Below, one piece after another: positions 1 to 12,373 of a DNA stretch of 64,000 bases; position 1 is the first letter of the stretch, and each line of letters begins with the position of its first letter. Location of the stretch: the NCBI GenBank assembly GCA_028826165.1, contig JAPDFW010000117.1, forward strand, positions 112,487 to 176,486, written 5' to 3'. The notes under the pieces are model-generated. The model was not told where the DNA came from. It saw only the letters and a list, made by a program, of their open reading frames with translations, and searched no databases. Source of the DNA: Anaeramoeba ignava BMAN. Taxonomy: Eukaryota > Protista > Anaeramoebae. Made by a program: the position numbers and the translations under genes.

Positions 1-79
1 AATGGATTATTCCTTCTATTTTTTTATATATTGCTTGAGCTTTAATAATTGCATGACTTTCTGCAGATATAAATGACAT
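1..79 (-). CDS. 5' end of a gene running off the window (MSFISAESHAIIKAQAIYKKIEGIIH...); possibly the N-terminal PH domain of TFIIH p62/Tfb1
   Basis: ATG at 79-77, open to the window edge, with TTTCATTTT motifs upstream (90-110). Only 26 aa are visible; resemblance to the Tfb1 N-terminus is weak. Confidence 0.4.
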   Translation of the reverse strand, partial: MSFISAESHAIIKAQAIYKKIEGIIH

Positions 80-328
80 ATTTTACAAAAAAAAATGAAA
101 AATGAAAAATGATTTTTAAAAAATATTTTTTAAATTTTAATTTTAATTTTAATTTTGATTTTGATTTTAATTTTAATTTTGATTTTCATTTTGATTTTGA
201 TTTTGATTTTTATTTTAATTTTAATTTTGATTTTAATTTTAATTTTGATTTTGATTTTAATTTTAATTTTAATTTTGATTTCAATTTAAATTTTAAATTC
301 ATTTTTCATTTTTCATTTTTTTTTCTTC

Positions 329-1527
329 ATGTTTGTTCTCTATTTACTTAAAGACACAGCAAAAGTTGAACCATATGATTTTAAAAATAATTTAGATTCA
401 ATATTAAGAAGATATTTTAATAGAAAATATGGAAACAAAGTAATGAAAAACATAGGTTTAATTCTTTGCGTAACAGAAATAGTTTCAATAGGTGAACCAT
501 TTGTTCATCCAAATCAAGGAGGTTATCACATTACAACTGTCTTCCGCGTTGCCGTATTTCGTCCCTTTGTTGATGAAATAATTTTGGGGAAAATTTTTGA
601 ATCCTCAAAAGAAGAAGGCATTAAAATATCAATTGGTTTTTTCAGTGATATTTACATTCCTCCAAGTTCTTTACCCAAAAATTCCTTTTTGTTTGTTTTT
701 AACTCAATTAATTAACAAAACTTTTCCAATTCAAACTTTATTTTTTTTGAACTAAAAATGGAATTTTCTTCATCAAATCAAATTTTCAAATTTTTTTCAA
801 AATTATTTTTTATCCGAATTTTCTGTATTTGATTCATCTTTATTTAATAGTGACCCAATGGAAAAGATTTGGATTTGGAATTACAAGCAAGTTAGTCCAT
901 TGGATCCTGATGAAACTGTTGTTCATAAATTATATATGGATATTGGAGCTGTTGTTAGATTCAGAATTACAAATGTTTCTTTCGGCGATTCTCTTCGTGT
1001 GAAACAGTCAAATATCATTTCCCCTGTAAATGAAAAAGTTAAGAGTTTAATACAATCTCAAAATTCAGCCAAAATTGAAAAACCAATGAGTGTTTATGTA
1101 TAAAAAATATTTATATTAGAAATTAGACTTAAAATTTAAAAATAATTTTTCTTTTAATTTTTTTAATTGAAAAATTTTTTTCCGATTTTGATTTTTTAAA
1201 AAAAAAAAATTTTATTTTATTTTTTAGGGTTCAATGAAAGAATTAGGATTAGGTGTTTTATATTGGTGGAAACAACCAAATCAAAATCAAAATCAAAATC
1301 AAAATCAAAATCAAAATCAAAATTTAAATGAAAATTTAAATGAAAATTTAAATGAAAATTTAAATGAAAATGAAAATCAAAATAATGAAAATCAAAAAGA
1401 ATTAATTGAGAAAATTGAAAGTGAAGATCTTGAAGAACAAGAATTACAAGATGAAAATGAAAATGATAATGAAAATGAAAATGATAATGATAATGATAAT
1501 GAAAATGAAAATGATAATGATAATTAA
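329..1527 (+). CDS. POLR3H: RNA polymerase III subunit RPC8/RPC25 (RPB7 family); exons 329-690, 851-1097, 1228-1527
   Basis: MFVL...NRKYGNKV..NIGL, FRVAVFRPFVDEIILGKI, ISIGFFSDIYIPP, C-terminal GSMKELGLGVLYWW; GT-AG junctions keep frame; acidic/NQ tail. Confidence 0.9.
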
Positions 1528-1605
1528 ATTTTTTTTATTTTTCAATTTAAATTTTTAAAAAAATAAATTTTCATTTTTTTTCTTTCATTTCTTTTCTTTT
1601 TTTTT

Positions 1606-1809
1606 ATGCAAAATCAAGATAATAATCCTTATAAATCTTATGAAGAATTTGCAAAAATGAATCAAAAAATGTTTCAAAAATGTAAAAATTTATTCAAGAA
1701 AAATTCACAACTTAAAAAAGAAATTCATAAACTTGATCAAGAAGTTAAAGAATTAAAACAAAAAGAAACAAAGTTATCAAAAGAAATGAAACAAAACAAT
1801 AAGAATTAA
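1606..1809 (+). CDS. small coiled-coil hypothetical protein (67 aa)
   Basis: Non-repetitive ATG ORF with heptad pattern, preceded by TTTCATTT motifs as in neighbouring genes. Confidence 0.45.
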   Translation: MQNQDNNPYKSYEEFAKMNQKMFQKCKNLFKKNSQLKKEIHKLDQEVKELKQKETKLSKEMKQNNKN

Positions 1810-2036
1810 ATTTGATTTAATTTCAAACAAATGAAAAACAAACAAATGAAAAATTATTTATTTTAATTTTGATTTAATAAATGAATTTTAATTTTATTTT
1901 AATAAATTAATTTTAATTTTATAAATGAATTTTAATTTTATAAATGAATTTTATTTTGAAATGAATTGATTTTATTTAAAAAATTTGATAAAAATATTTT
2001 CTTCAATATTTTTAAAAAAAACAAAAAAAAAACAAT

Positions 2037-4315
2037 TCATTTTTTCTGATCTTCATATTTCTTAATAAATTCAACAGCAGAACAAAAAGTAGCTAAATAA
2101 TAACCAAGTTCTGAAGGAAATTCACGAGGATCACAAAGAGAAACAAGCATTCTTGAATAAGATTCCAAATTTTGAGTTTTTGAATGAACAATAACAAAAA
2201 TAAAAATTGAAAGAAAATCATCACCAGAAATAGTTACTTTTCCAACATTTTCCAAACGATTTTCATTTTGAATATTTGTTGTGAAAAAAATTCTATCAGC
2301 AGTATTAATCAAATTATTTAAGAATTCAAAAGGAACTTTACACAATTGAAATTGCATGAAAGTTGATATAGGTGTATTCCAACACAAACGAGATAATTTT
2401 TCTGGTAATTGATAGAATTCAATCTCCTTATCAAGAAGAACTTGAATATTTTGTTTTAATAATTTGTCTTCTTTTTCACATAAAAGTTGAAAAAATTCAA
2501 ATATCAAATCAACTAATGGAAGTAAAATTATTCTTTCTAAACATTTTTCCAAAAGATAATATAATATTTCCTTTGCTTCACTTGATGTGTGATAACCCAA
2601 GGAAATATCTTCTAATAAAAACTTCATCAATTCGGGATTTTTTTTGATTATTTGCTTTCTTATATTATCCAAAAATTTCCGAATTGATTCCATCACTTTT
2701 ATATTTGGTTTTCCATGTTTTGATTTGATTTCTTTGATATTTTCTTCCAAAAATGTACATGCTCTTAAAATAAATTTATCAAATCGATATTTGTTTTGAA
2801 TAAATAATATTTTTATGCATGCCATTTCAAGTTGGATTAAATATTCTGGAATTTCATTGATTTCCGCTATTTTCATTGTGCATGGAAGAAGTTTTTCTAA
2901 TTTTTCTATATCTATAATTGCTTCTTGTGTTTGTTTTCTTTTTTGTGCGGAATTTTTGTTTTCAATTCTTGGTGAATTGTTTTTGGAATTATTTTTTGAT
3001 TCGTTTTTGATTTTATTTTCTATTGATTTATTTTCCATTGATTTATTTTCTATTGATTTATTTTCTATTGATTTATTTTCCATTGATTTATTTTCTATTG
3101 ATTTATTTTCTATTGTTTTATTTTCTATTGTTTTATTTTCTATTGTTTTATTTTCTATTGATTTAGTTGGTGTTTGATCAAAATTGTATTCTATTTTTTC
3201 ATTTTCAATAATATCTTTTGCAATTTTTTGACTTGGATTTCTTGAATTTGATTTTATTTTTTTATTTTTTTTATTTTTAATTTGATTTTGATTTTGATTT
3301 TGATTTTTATTTTTAATTTGATTTAAATTTTCATTTTGATTTTGATTTAAATTTTGATTTAAATTTTGATTTAAATTTTGATTTTGATTTAAATTTTGAT
3401 TTAAATTTTCATTTTGATTTTGATTTAAATTTTCATTTAAATTTTGATTTTCATTTTCATTTTGATTTTGATTTAAATTTTCATTTAAATTTTGATTTTC
3501 ATTTAAATTTTCATTTTGATTTTCATTTAAATTTTGATTTTGATTTTCATTTAAATTTTGATTTTGATTTCGATTTTTTTCTTTTTTATCAGAATCATCA
3601 TCAGTTGAAAAATTTTTTTGAAAATTATCCGAACTTCTATCAGAATCATCATCAAATTTTTTATCATCAATACTTTGCAAATCATCATTAAAATCAGAAT
3701 TCTGTTGAGAATCTGAACTTTGATGATTTTTATCAATCAATCTAGAAAGATTACTAGGAACTCTTTTTAAAATTGGATGAGGTTCTTTATGATTTTTCAT
3801 TGTGACAAGATCATTTAAATTTTTAACAATATATTTGTTCCATTTGTGAAATAAATAAAACTTCACAGAACATCTTGATGATATCTCTTGCGCAATTAAT
3901 ATTGCATCATCTGCATAAAATTTTTCTACTTCTTTCTTTCTAAAAATTATTTGTAAAATAAATGTATCAATAACTGAAATTTTTGTCACTTCGTTATATT
4001 GTTTTAAACATATGATTTTCTCATCTTTGTTATTTTGAAGTTTTATTAAACCTTGTGCTGATAATTTTAGTTTAATTGATTTTTTAAATCCAAACCTAAA
4101 AAATGATTAAAAAAATAAAAAAAAATTTTTTTCAGTTATTTTTTAATCATTTTTTTATTCGTAATTTTTTTTTTTTACATTGATTTTTGATAAACTTCAT
4201 ATGTTATTTCTTTTGTATTTAAAAGGAAATTTTGAATAATTTCTTCTGTTGTTTTTTTTTCTTTTTTTGTTTTAAATTTCTTTTTTGTATTTTCTTCAAA
4301 AAAAACAAATTCCAT
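2037..4315 (-). CDS. VPS9-domain protein (Rab5-family GEF); exons 4315-4179, 4095-2037
   Basis: C-terminal SGDDFLSIFIFVIV...SELGYYLATFCSAVEFI VPS9 motifs; intron 4096-4178 (GT-AG) keeps frame; central NQ/ENKSI low-complexity linker. Confidence 0.85.
3014..3165 (-). repeat. coding 15-nt tandem repeat (IENKS/IENKT, about 10 units)
   Basis: TTTTCTATTGATTTA units on the + strand, inside the VPS9 gene. Confidence 0.85.
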
Positions 4316-4382
4316 TTTAAATTAAAAAAAAATGAAAAAAAAAAAATGAAAAAAAAAAAATTTTTTAATTTTAATTTTAGAT

Positions 4383-5438
4383 TTAAATTTCTTTTATTTT
4401 TTCATTAAATAATTCAATAAAAACTTCTTCTGAAATAATTTCTTGATTTAATTTATTTTTTTGTTTTAAAATTTCAAGTATTTTTTTCCTTTCTAAATTT
4501 AATTTTTTTGCAAATGAATTAATTTCTTTTTTTTTTAAATTTGGATTTTTTTCTTTTAAAAATTCAATTTGATTTTTAATCATTTTCCTAAATTTAATAT
4601 CTAAAGAATGAATTAAATTTCCATTTGAATTTTCATTGATTTCCTTTAAAATATTCTTTCCTTGATCTGTTTGTAATTTTTCTCCGTCTTTAATCATAAA
4701 TAAAACAACTTGTTCAAGTAAAAAATCAATTTTGAAAAAATCAATTTGGAAATTATTTTCAAGTAAAATTGTATTTGATTCCCAATTTTGCTTTCCTAAT
4801 TTAGGTTTTTGGAATTTCTCCTCCATTTCCAAAATCACTTCATCAGGAACTCTTTGGTTCATGTCTCTTTTGCTATTAAATTCAATAGTTTTTGTGATGT
4901 CAGTGTTGATAAAAATTTGTATGAATGAATATCCAATTTTTGTTGAAAATTTATAATATTGCTTTCTCATGCTTCTTAAATAGAAATTATCATCAATTAT
5001 AAAGAAATTAAAAGTGTGGCTATCTCTTTGTGTTTGTTTTTCTTGTGATTCTATATTGAATTCTATTGATTTAAAATTTCTATCTTGAAAAAATTTTTCC
5101 GAATTTTCATTTTCATCTTTTTCTATATAATTTTTTATCTTTTCAAACAACTCATTTCTTGCTTGTTTCCAAGTTATTTTGCTTGTATTTATTTGGCTCT
5201 CCTTTTTTGGTATTGCACATATTTTTTTGCTGTTTTCAAACTTGATATTTTGGTTGATATTTTCATCATAAGAAATTTTGTGGATTTTAATTTTAAAATT
5301 TTTATTTTGAAAAATATCGAATTTTTGATAAATTTGTGAAAATGTTTTGTGGAAATTTTGGATGATATGATTTGTTAGAGTTGATTTTCCAGTTGCAGGA
5401 ATGCCTAAAATTAAAATAAAACAACCAAAAGGAAGCAT
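4383..5438 (-). CDS. PSTK: O-phosphoseryl-tRNA(Sec) kinase
   Basis: N-terminal P-loop GIPATGKST, IIDDNFYLRSMR motif, NSKR...VPDEVILEMEEKFQKP...WE and C-terminal IHSLDIKFRK, all typical of eukaryotic PSTK. Confidence 0.85.
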   Translation of the reverse strand: MLPFGCFILILGIPATGKSTLTNHIIQNFHKTFSQIYQKFDIFQNKNFKIKIHKISYDENINQNIKFENSKKICAIPKKESQINTSKITWKQARNELFEKIKNYIEKDENENSEKFFQDRNFKSIEFNIESQEKQTQRDSHTFNFFIIDDNFYLRSMRKQYYKFSTKIGYSFIQIFINTDITKTIEFNSKRDMNQRVPDEVILEMEEKFQKPKLGKQNWESNTILLENNFQIDFFKIDFLLEQVVLFMIKDGEKLQTDQGKNILKEINENSNGNLIHSLDIKFRKMIKNQIEFLKEKNPNLKKKEINSFAKKLNLERKKILEILKQKNKLNQEIISEEVFIELFNEKIKEI

Positions 5439-5531
5439 TCCAAAAAAATAACAAAAAAATTAAAAAAATAAAAAATAATTTTTTTTCATTTTTAATTTTA
5501 ATTTAATTTAATTTAATTTATTATTAATAAA

Positions 5532-7511
5532 ATGAGTGAATTAATGATTTCTATTGCAAATCTTCAAGGACAAGGTCCTTATGAATTAAGTTTTGCAAAA
5601 GGAGAGATTATTCAAGTATTAAAAAAATATGAAACTGGTTGGTATCAAGGTGAAAAATCAAATGGTCAAATTGGTTGGTTTCCAGTAACTTATTTTGACC
5701 CTTATATTCAAAATCAAATTCAAAATCAAATTCAAAATCAAAATCAAAATCAAAATCAAATTCAAATTCAAATTCAAATTCAAAATCAAAATCAAAATCA
5801 AAATCAAAATCAAAATCAAAACCAAAATCAAAACCAAAATCAAAATCAAAATCAAAACCAAAATCAAAATCAAAAAAATCTTCAAGGTTATTTTCAATTA
5901 AATTTGAAAATTAAATTCAAAATTAAAATTAAAATTAAAATTAAAATTAAAATTTAAAATCAAAATGAAATTTAAAATTAAAATCAAAATCAAAATCAAA
6001 ATCAAAATCAAAATTTAAATCAAAATTTAAATCAAAATTTAAATCAAAATTAAAATCAAAATTAAAATCAATTTAAATTAAAATCAAAATCAAAATTAAA
6101 TTCAAAATCAAAATCAAAATCAAAATAAAAATCAAAATTTAAAAAATTTAAAATGAAAATCAAAATTAAAATTAAAATCAAAATTTAGATTATCCAAATC
6201 CTGTTTTTGGAATTTCACTTGAAGCACTTTTACAAACACAAAAAAACAAAGAACTCAAAATACCAATGATTGTCGAAGAAATTTTAACATATTTAAAAAC
6301 AAAAGATAAACAACTAGAAGATTTATTTTTTAATCATAAATATAAAGAAGAAGAAGTGAATGAATTAAAATCAATATATGATTCAAGAAAAGAAACAAAT
6401 CAAGGATTATTTGATAAATATAGCATTTATTCAATATCACAATTACTCATTTTATTTCTAGATTCTTTACCATCACCAATTTTAACATTTGAATTATTCG
6501 ATCCTTTTTTAAAAACTCATGAAAGAATCGAAAGAAATGAAGATATTCATAGTATTATTTTTTCAATGAGATCTTTGATTCAATTTCTTGCTCAACCAAA
6601 TAAAGAACTTCTTAAATCACTGCTTGATTTCATTATCAATTTCCCAAACAGATCTCAACTTGTTCTTTCTGATTCTTTTTTAAGACGATTTGGGGAACTT
6701 TTATTAAAACCTGATACTAATAATTTTCAAAATGACAAGTTTAAAAATCTTTCTGCAATTCGAATTCAAGTCACAAAACTTTTGATTCAAGAATATCATT
6801 ATTTTTTTATGGGAAAAGAATCTACTTTATCTCAAAAAGCAAAAAGTCCTTTAAGAACTTTTAGAGCTGTTGCAATTACTGATTATATAGGAGGAGATGA
6901 TAGTGAACTTACTTTTAAAAATGGACAAAAAATTTTAGTACTTCAAAAATATGAAGATGGGTAAAAATTAAAATTAAGACAAAAAATTCAATAACATGAA
7001 ATTATAAAAAATTAAGATAAAAAATTCATTAACATGAAATTATAAAAAATTAAGACAAAAAATTCATTAACATGAAATAATGAAATGATTAAAAAAAATC
7101 CTTTTTCGTTTTAATTTAATTTAGTTGGTGGGAAGGTGAAATTAATGGTGTAAAAGGTATTTTTCCTTTTATTCATGTTGAAATAATTCTTGAAAAATCT
7201 CCAAATCAAGAAAAACCTAAAATTCCAAGAACTGCTTCTCCAAAAAGAAGACCAAATTTAAGAAATAAATCAAATCCAAATCAAACTCAAACTCAAAAAA
7301 AAAATCCAAATCCAAAAAAAAATCAAAAATCAAATCCAAAATCAAAAATCAAAATCAAAATCAAAATCAAAATCAAAATCAAAATCAAAAACCAAATAGA
7401 TTTCCTCCTCCAAATAGAGGAAGAAAAGCTCCAATTCCAACTGATTTGATTCCAAAAAAAAAAGTAGATGGAAAAATTAATTCTTTACTTAATCGTTTTC
7501 AAAATAATTAA
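5532..7511 (+). CDS. SH3-RhoGAP-like-SH3 protein with Pro/basic tail; exons 5532-5886, 6189-6960, 7125-7511 (probable 1-nt indel in the NQ tract near 7330)
   Basis: SH3 (ELSFAKGEII...GWYQG...GWFP); RhoGAP fold (VFGISLE, IPMIVEE, LPSPILTFELF); second SH3 (AITDY..ELTFKNG...DGWWEGE..GIFP) split by an intron. Confidence 0.8.
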
Positions 7512-7586
7512 AATCAAAATAAAAATATTGAACTTTTCTTTTCTTTTTTCTTTTTTCATTTTTTATTATTATTTTTTTATTATTTT

Positions 7587-9416
7587 TTAACATTTTTCTT
7601 CTTTTCTTTTTTCAGTTTCTTTCTCAATTTCTTTTTCAATTTGTTGTTTAACTTCAGCTTTTTTTTCATGAAGCAATTTTGGAGTTTTCTCAACTTGATC
7701 CAAAAGTTCATCATTTGAATAAACAGATCTTTCATATTCTTCCCATTCCAAATTAGAATTTTTCAAATCCCAAGGACAAACACTTCTTTTCCATCTTAAA
7801 TAAGGAGAAATTTTTCCAGTTTTTGGATCTCTTCTTGAATAATGAAGAATTTGTCCATTTCTAATACTTGAATCTGGATCCACTAATAATTTTTTAAATC
7901 TGACTTGAGGAATTCTTTCTAATCTAACTCTAAAAGTTGTTAAAATTTCTCTATGAGTAACTAAAATGACAGATTGTTCACAACATTGTTCTCTCAAAGT
8001 AGATAAAATTCTATCAACTCTTATACAAACTTGGGCAAGTGATTCACCTTTTTATTAAAGAAAAGAAAGATTATTATTTTTGCCAGTTCAAATTTTTTTT
8101 TGCTAGTTCAAAAATTTTTTTTCCTTATTTTTTCTTTAAAATATTAATATACCTCCTGGTGGAGCAAAATAATAAGAATCTCTTTCATGTCTTTCCATTT
8201 CCCTTTTGAATTTTTTCATTCTTTCTTGAGGAGATAATAGTTCAAATACTCCCCAATCTCTTTCTCTTAAATATGTTGCTATTATCCATTTTGCTTCTTT
8301 TAAATTTAATAAAGCTGCTGTTTCCATTGCTCTTAAATATTCACTTGTATAATATCTATCAAATTTTTCTCCAATATTTTTTCTAACCCATTCTCCTGCA
8401 ATTCTTGCTTGTTCTTGTCCAAGATTTGTTAATCTCCACATTGAACCTATAATTATAATTATAATTTTAATTTTAATTTTGATTTTTGATTTTGATTTTG
8501 AATTTAATTTTGAATTTGATTTTAATTTTGAATTTGAATTTGATTTTGATTTTGATTTGAACTTGATTTTGAATTTGAATTTGAATTTTGATTTTGATTT
8601 TTGATTTTGAATTTGAATTTGAATTTGAATTTGATTTTGAATTTTGATTTTGAATTTGAATTTAAATTTAATTTTAATTTTAATTTTGAATTTGAATTTG
8701 AATTTTGATTTTGAATTTAATTTTGAATTTGAATTTGATTTTGAATTTGAATTTGAATTTTGATTTTGATTTTGATTTTGAATTTGAATTTGAATTTGAA
8801 TTTGAATTTGAATTTGAATTTGAATATAATTTTGATTTTTAATTTGAATTTTAATTTGAACTTAAATTTGATTTTAATTTTGAATTTTGAATTTGAATTT
8901 GAATTTGAATTTAATTTTGAAATTGAAATTGAAATTGATTTTGATTTTTAATTTTGAATTTGATTTTGATTTTTAATTTTGATTTTGATTTTTAATTTTG
9001 AATTTGAATTTTGAATTTGAATTTGATTTTGAATTTGAATTTAAATTTGATTTTAATTTTGAATTTGAATTTCAATTTCAATTTCAATTTGATTTTAATT
9101 TTGAATTTGAATTTGAATTTGAATTTGATTTTGATTTTGATTTTGAATTTGATTTTGATTTAAATTTGAATTTTCAAGTACTTGGTCTTTTGCGAAAATC
9201 TGGAGTAAAATTAGTATTATCTCCTTGGTTTGCTTGAGTAAGAATTCTATTTCCTTCACTTTCACCATGTCTAACAAAAACAATATCAATTGGCATTCTT
9301 TTACCTTCTGGTGATTCAGCAGGTAATCTATCTGTTATTTTACTAAAAATTTGAAAAAATGCTTTTGAAATTTTAAAAATTGAAAATTGTTTTTGTTTTT
9401 TTTGAATTGGAAGCAT
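7587..9416 (-). CDS. histidine phosphatase / phosphoglycerate-mutase family protein; exons 9416-9182, 8446-8153, 8047-7587
   Basis: IVFVRHGESEGN, RLTNLGQEQA, TSEYLRAMETA, LRERDWG, PPGGES, ILVTH motifs; start could instead be the M of MPIDIV (9296). Confidence 0.85.
8450..9175. repeat. intronic hexamer satellite (TTTGAA/TTTGAT/TTTTAA)
   Basis: Fills the 735-nt intron 1 of the histidine phosphatase gene. Confidence 0.9.
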
Positions 9417-9499
9417 GAAATTTTTTTTTTAATCAAAAAAGAAAAAAATGAAAAGATAAAAAAATGAAAAAAATTTTTTTTTTTTTTGATATTTTTTTT

Positions 9500-10150
9500 T
9501 GACATTTTTCTTAATATTTTTCTTAATATTTTTATTAATATTTTTATTAATATTTTTCTTAATATTTTTTATTCCACTTTTTATTAATATTTTTCTTAAT
9601 ATTTTTATTGATATTTTTATTAATATTTTTATTAATATTTTTATTAATATTTTTATTTATTCTTTAATTTTTTTATTAATATTTTTATTAATATTTTTTA
9701 TTAATATTTTTATTAATATTTTTTATTCAATTTTTTATTAATATTTTTATTAATATTTTTATTAATATTTTTATTAATTTATATTTTTATTAATATTTTT
9801 ATTAATATTTTTATTAATATTTTTATTAATATTTTTATTCCACTTTTTATTAATATTTTTTTTAATTAATATTTTTAATATTTTTATTTAATATTTTTAT
9901 TAATATTTTTATTAATATTTTTATTAATATTTTTATTAATATTTTTATTAATATTTTTATTAATATTTTATTAATATTTTTATTAATATTTTTATTAATA
10001 TTTTTATTAATATTTTTATTAATATTTTTATTAATATTTTTATTAATATTTTTATTAATATTTTTATTAATATTTTTATTAATATTTTTATTAATATTTT
10101 TATTAATATTTTTATTAATATTTTTATTAATATTTTTATTAATATTTTTT
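9500..10150. repeat. intergenic 12-mer satellite (TTTATTAATATT)n
   Basis: Directly visible tandem array. Confidence 0.9.
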
Positions 10151-10675
10151 TAAATTTTTAATTTATTTTTAAAAATAATTCATTTTTTTGAAATAAATTT
10201 TTGTTCCACTTTTTCATTTTGATTTTTAATATTTAAATTTATCAAAATAATTTTAATTAAATAAGCAGAATTAATATTTTTTGATTCATTTTTGAATTAA
10301 TAATTGCAAATGATTTTTTTGATATTTTTTTGAAGATTTTTAATTTATTTTTCTTATGTATTTTTTTTCCTTTTTGCATTTCATATTTTTTTATAATTTT
10401 CATTACATCTTTTGCAAAAATTTTTGTCCACAATTATTTTGAACAAAAATTTTTGTTAATATTTTTACAATATTTTTATTAATATATATTATGTATTTTT
10501 GGATCACGTTCCTCAATTTTCGGAACTAATGTAAATTTTTATTAATTATTTTTTTGTGTCTTTTAATTCCATTTTTTATTTTTAAAAAAAATAATTTTAA
10601 TTTAATTTCATTTTTTTCAATTTTTTTTTTTTGTTTTTAATTAAATCTTATCAAATTAATTTGGTTTTATATTAC

Positions 10676-12134
10676 CGAAGGAGTAATTTTTTTTGATTCA
10701 ATTGAATTATGAGCTGCAAATGGTTCCTCCTTTTTGAAGGAATAATTTCCCTTTTTTTGTATTTTCTTTTTCTTTTGGCTTTTTGAAATTTCATATCTTT
10801 TTTTATAATTTCATCAATACATCTTTTGCAAAAATTTAATTTTAATTAGAATAATTTTGAACAAGAAATGGAATTTTAATTTTTTTTTTGATTTCAAGCA
10901 AATTTGAAATTTAATTTGATTTTGATTTTGAATTTTAGATTTCCTCAATTTTCGGAACTAATGTAAAGTTTACTTCAATTAATCTTTTGTATCTTTTTAA
11001 TTCCATTTTTTTAAAAAATAAAGAAAAAAATTTTTACTTAATTTAATTTCAATTTTTTTCAATTTTTTTCAATTTGTTTTCAATTTTTGGTTTTTATATT
11101 GATTTGGTTTTATATTACCTAATTGGTTCACCACCTTCTGGACATAAAATATTTTCACTTGGTTTTTTGACTATTGAATCATTTGCTTTTGGAGTTTTTG
11201 ATGGCTTTTTTTTTGAAATTTTTAATTTTAATTTTAATTTTGAATTTTGAATTTTAATTTGAATTTTAATTTGAATTTAATTTTGATTTTTAATTTTAAT
11301 TTTGAATTTTAAATTGAATTTGAATTTAAATTGAATTTTAATTTTGATTTTAATTTTAATTTTAATTTTCATTTTTATTTTAATTTGAATTTAATTTTAA
11401 TTTTATTTTGATTTCATTTTAGAATTTTGAATTTAATTTTGATTTTAATTTTGAATTTTAAATTGAAGTTGAATTTTAATTTTATTTTGAATTTTAATTT
11501 TATTTTGATTTCATTTGAATTTGAATTTGAATTTTGATTTATTTGATTTTAAATTTGAATTTACAACCCAGAAACTTTTAATATCATTTTTGGATTTATC
11601 TTTCAATTGATTATCTTGTTTTCTAATTTCATCAAATTTCTTTTTCTTTTCAATACTTTGTAAATAAACAGGATCATTTTGCAAAATATTTTCTTTAGTT
11701 TGAGGAATTTTATGAAGAGGAACAATAATTTGAGGATTTTTTTGATTTGAATCTTGAAAATTATTAGATTTTCTTTTAGGTAAAGCACTACATTCAGTTT
11801 TATGAAAAGAATAAATTTCCGAATCCAAAGCAGAAAGAATTGATGATTTCTTTTCCAATTCAATTTGTTTTTGTTGTTTTTTCCATTCCTCTATTTGTTT
11901 CTGTTTTTCTTTCTTCTGTGAAAGGAAATATTCAAGAATGCATTTTTTACAAAATAAATGTCCTTTTTGACAACTCATTGGATTAATAACTGGTTGTAAA
12001 CATAAACTGCACATTTCAAACCCTTTTAAACTATGTCCTCCTATTATTTTTTTCCTTGTTCCATAGCTTAATTTCTGTTTTTCTGCATATGTAAAAAATG
12101 CTTTTGCTGTTGCGTTTTGACTGTGTCTACTCAT
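10676..12134 (-). CDS. NOSIP: nitric oxide synthase-interacting protein (RING/U-box); exons 12134-11565, 11204-11119, then a garbled exon at about 10992-10676
   Basis: MSRHSQNATA..FTYAEK, CSLCLQP, GHLFCKKCILEY, SFWV|PSKTP, CPEGGEPIR; FCKRCIDEIIKKDM and LQKGGT..AAH remnants in shifting frames. Confidence 0.8.
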
Positions 12135-12373
12135 TTAAATTTCTTCAAAAAAAAATGAAAAATGAAAAATGATTTTCAATTTTTTTGTTTTTTATTTTTC
12201 TGGCAAATTAAAATCAAAATTAAAATTAAAATCAAAATTAAAATTAAAATTAAAATTAAAATTAAAATTAAAATTAAAATTAAAATTGAAATTATAATTA
12301 AAATTAAAATTAAAATTAAAATTAAAATTAAAATTGAAAAAGAAAATGAATTGGAATTAAAAAGTGGAATTGA

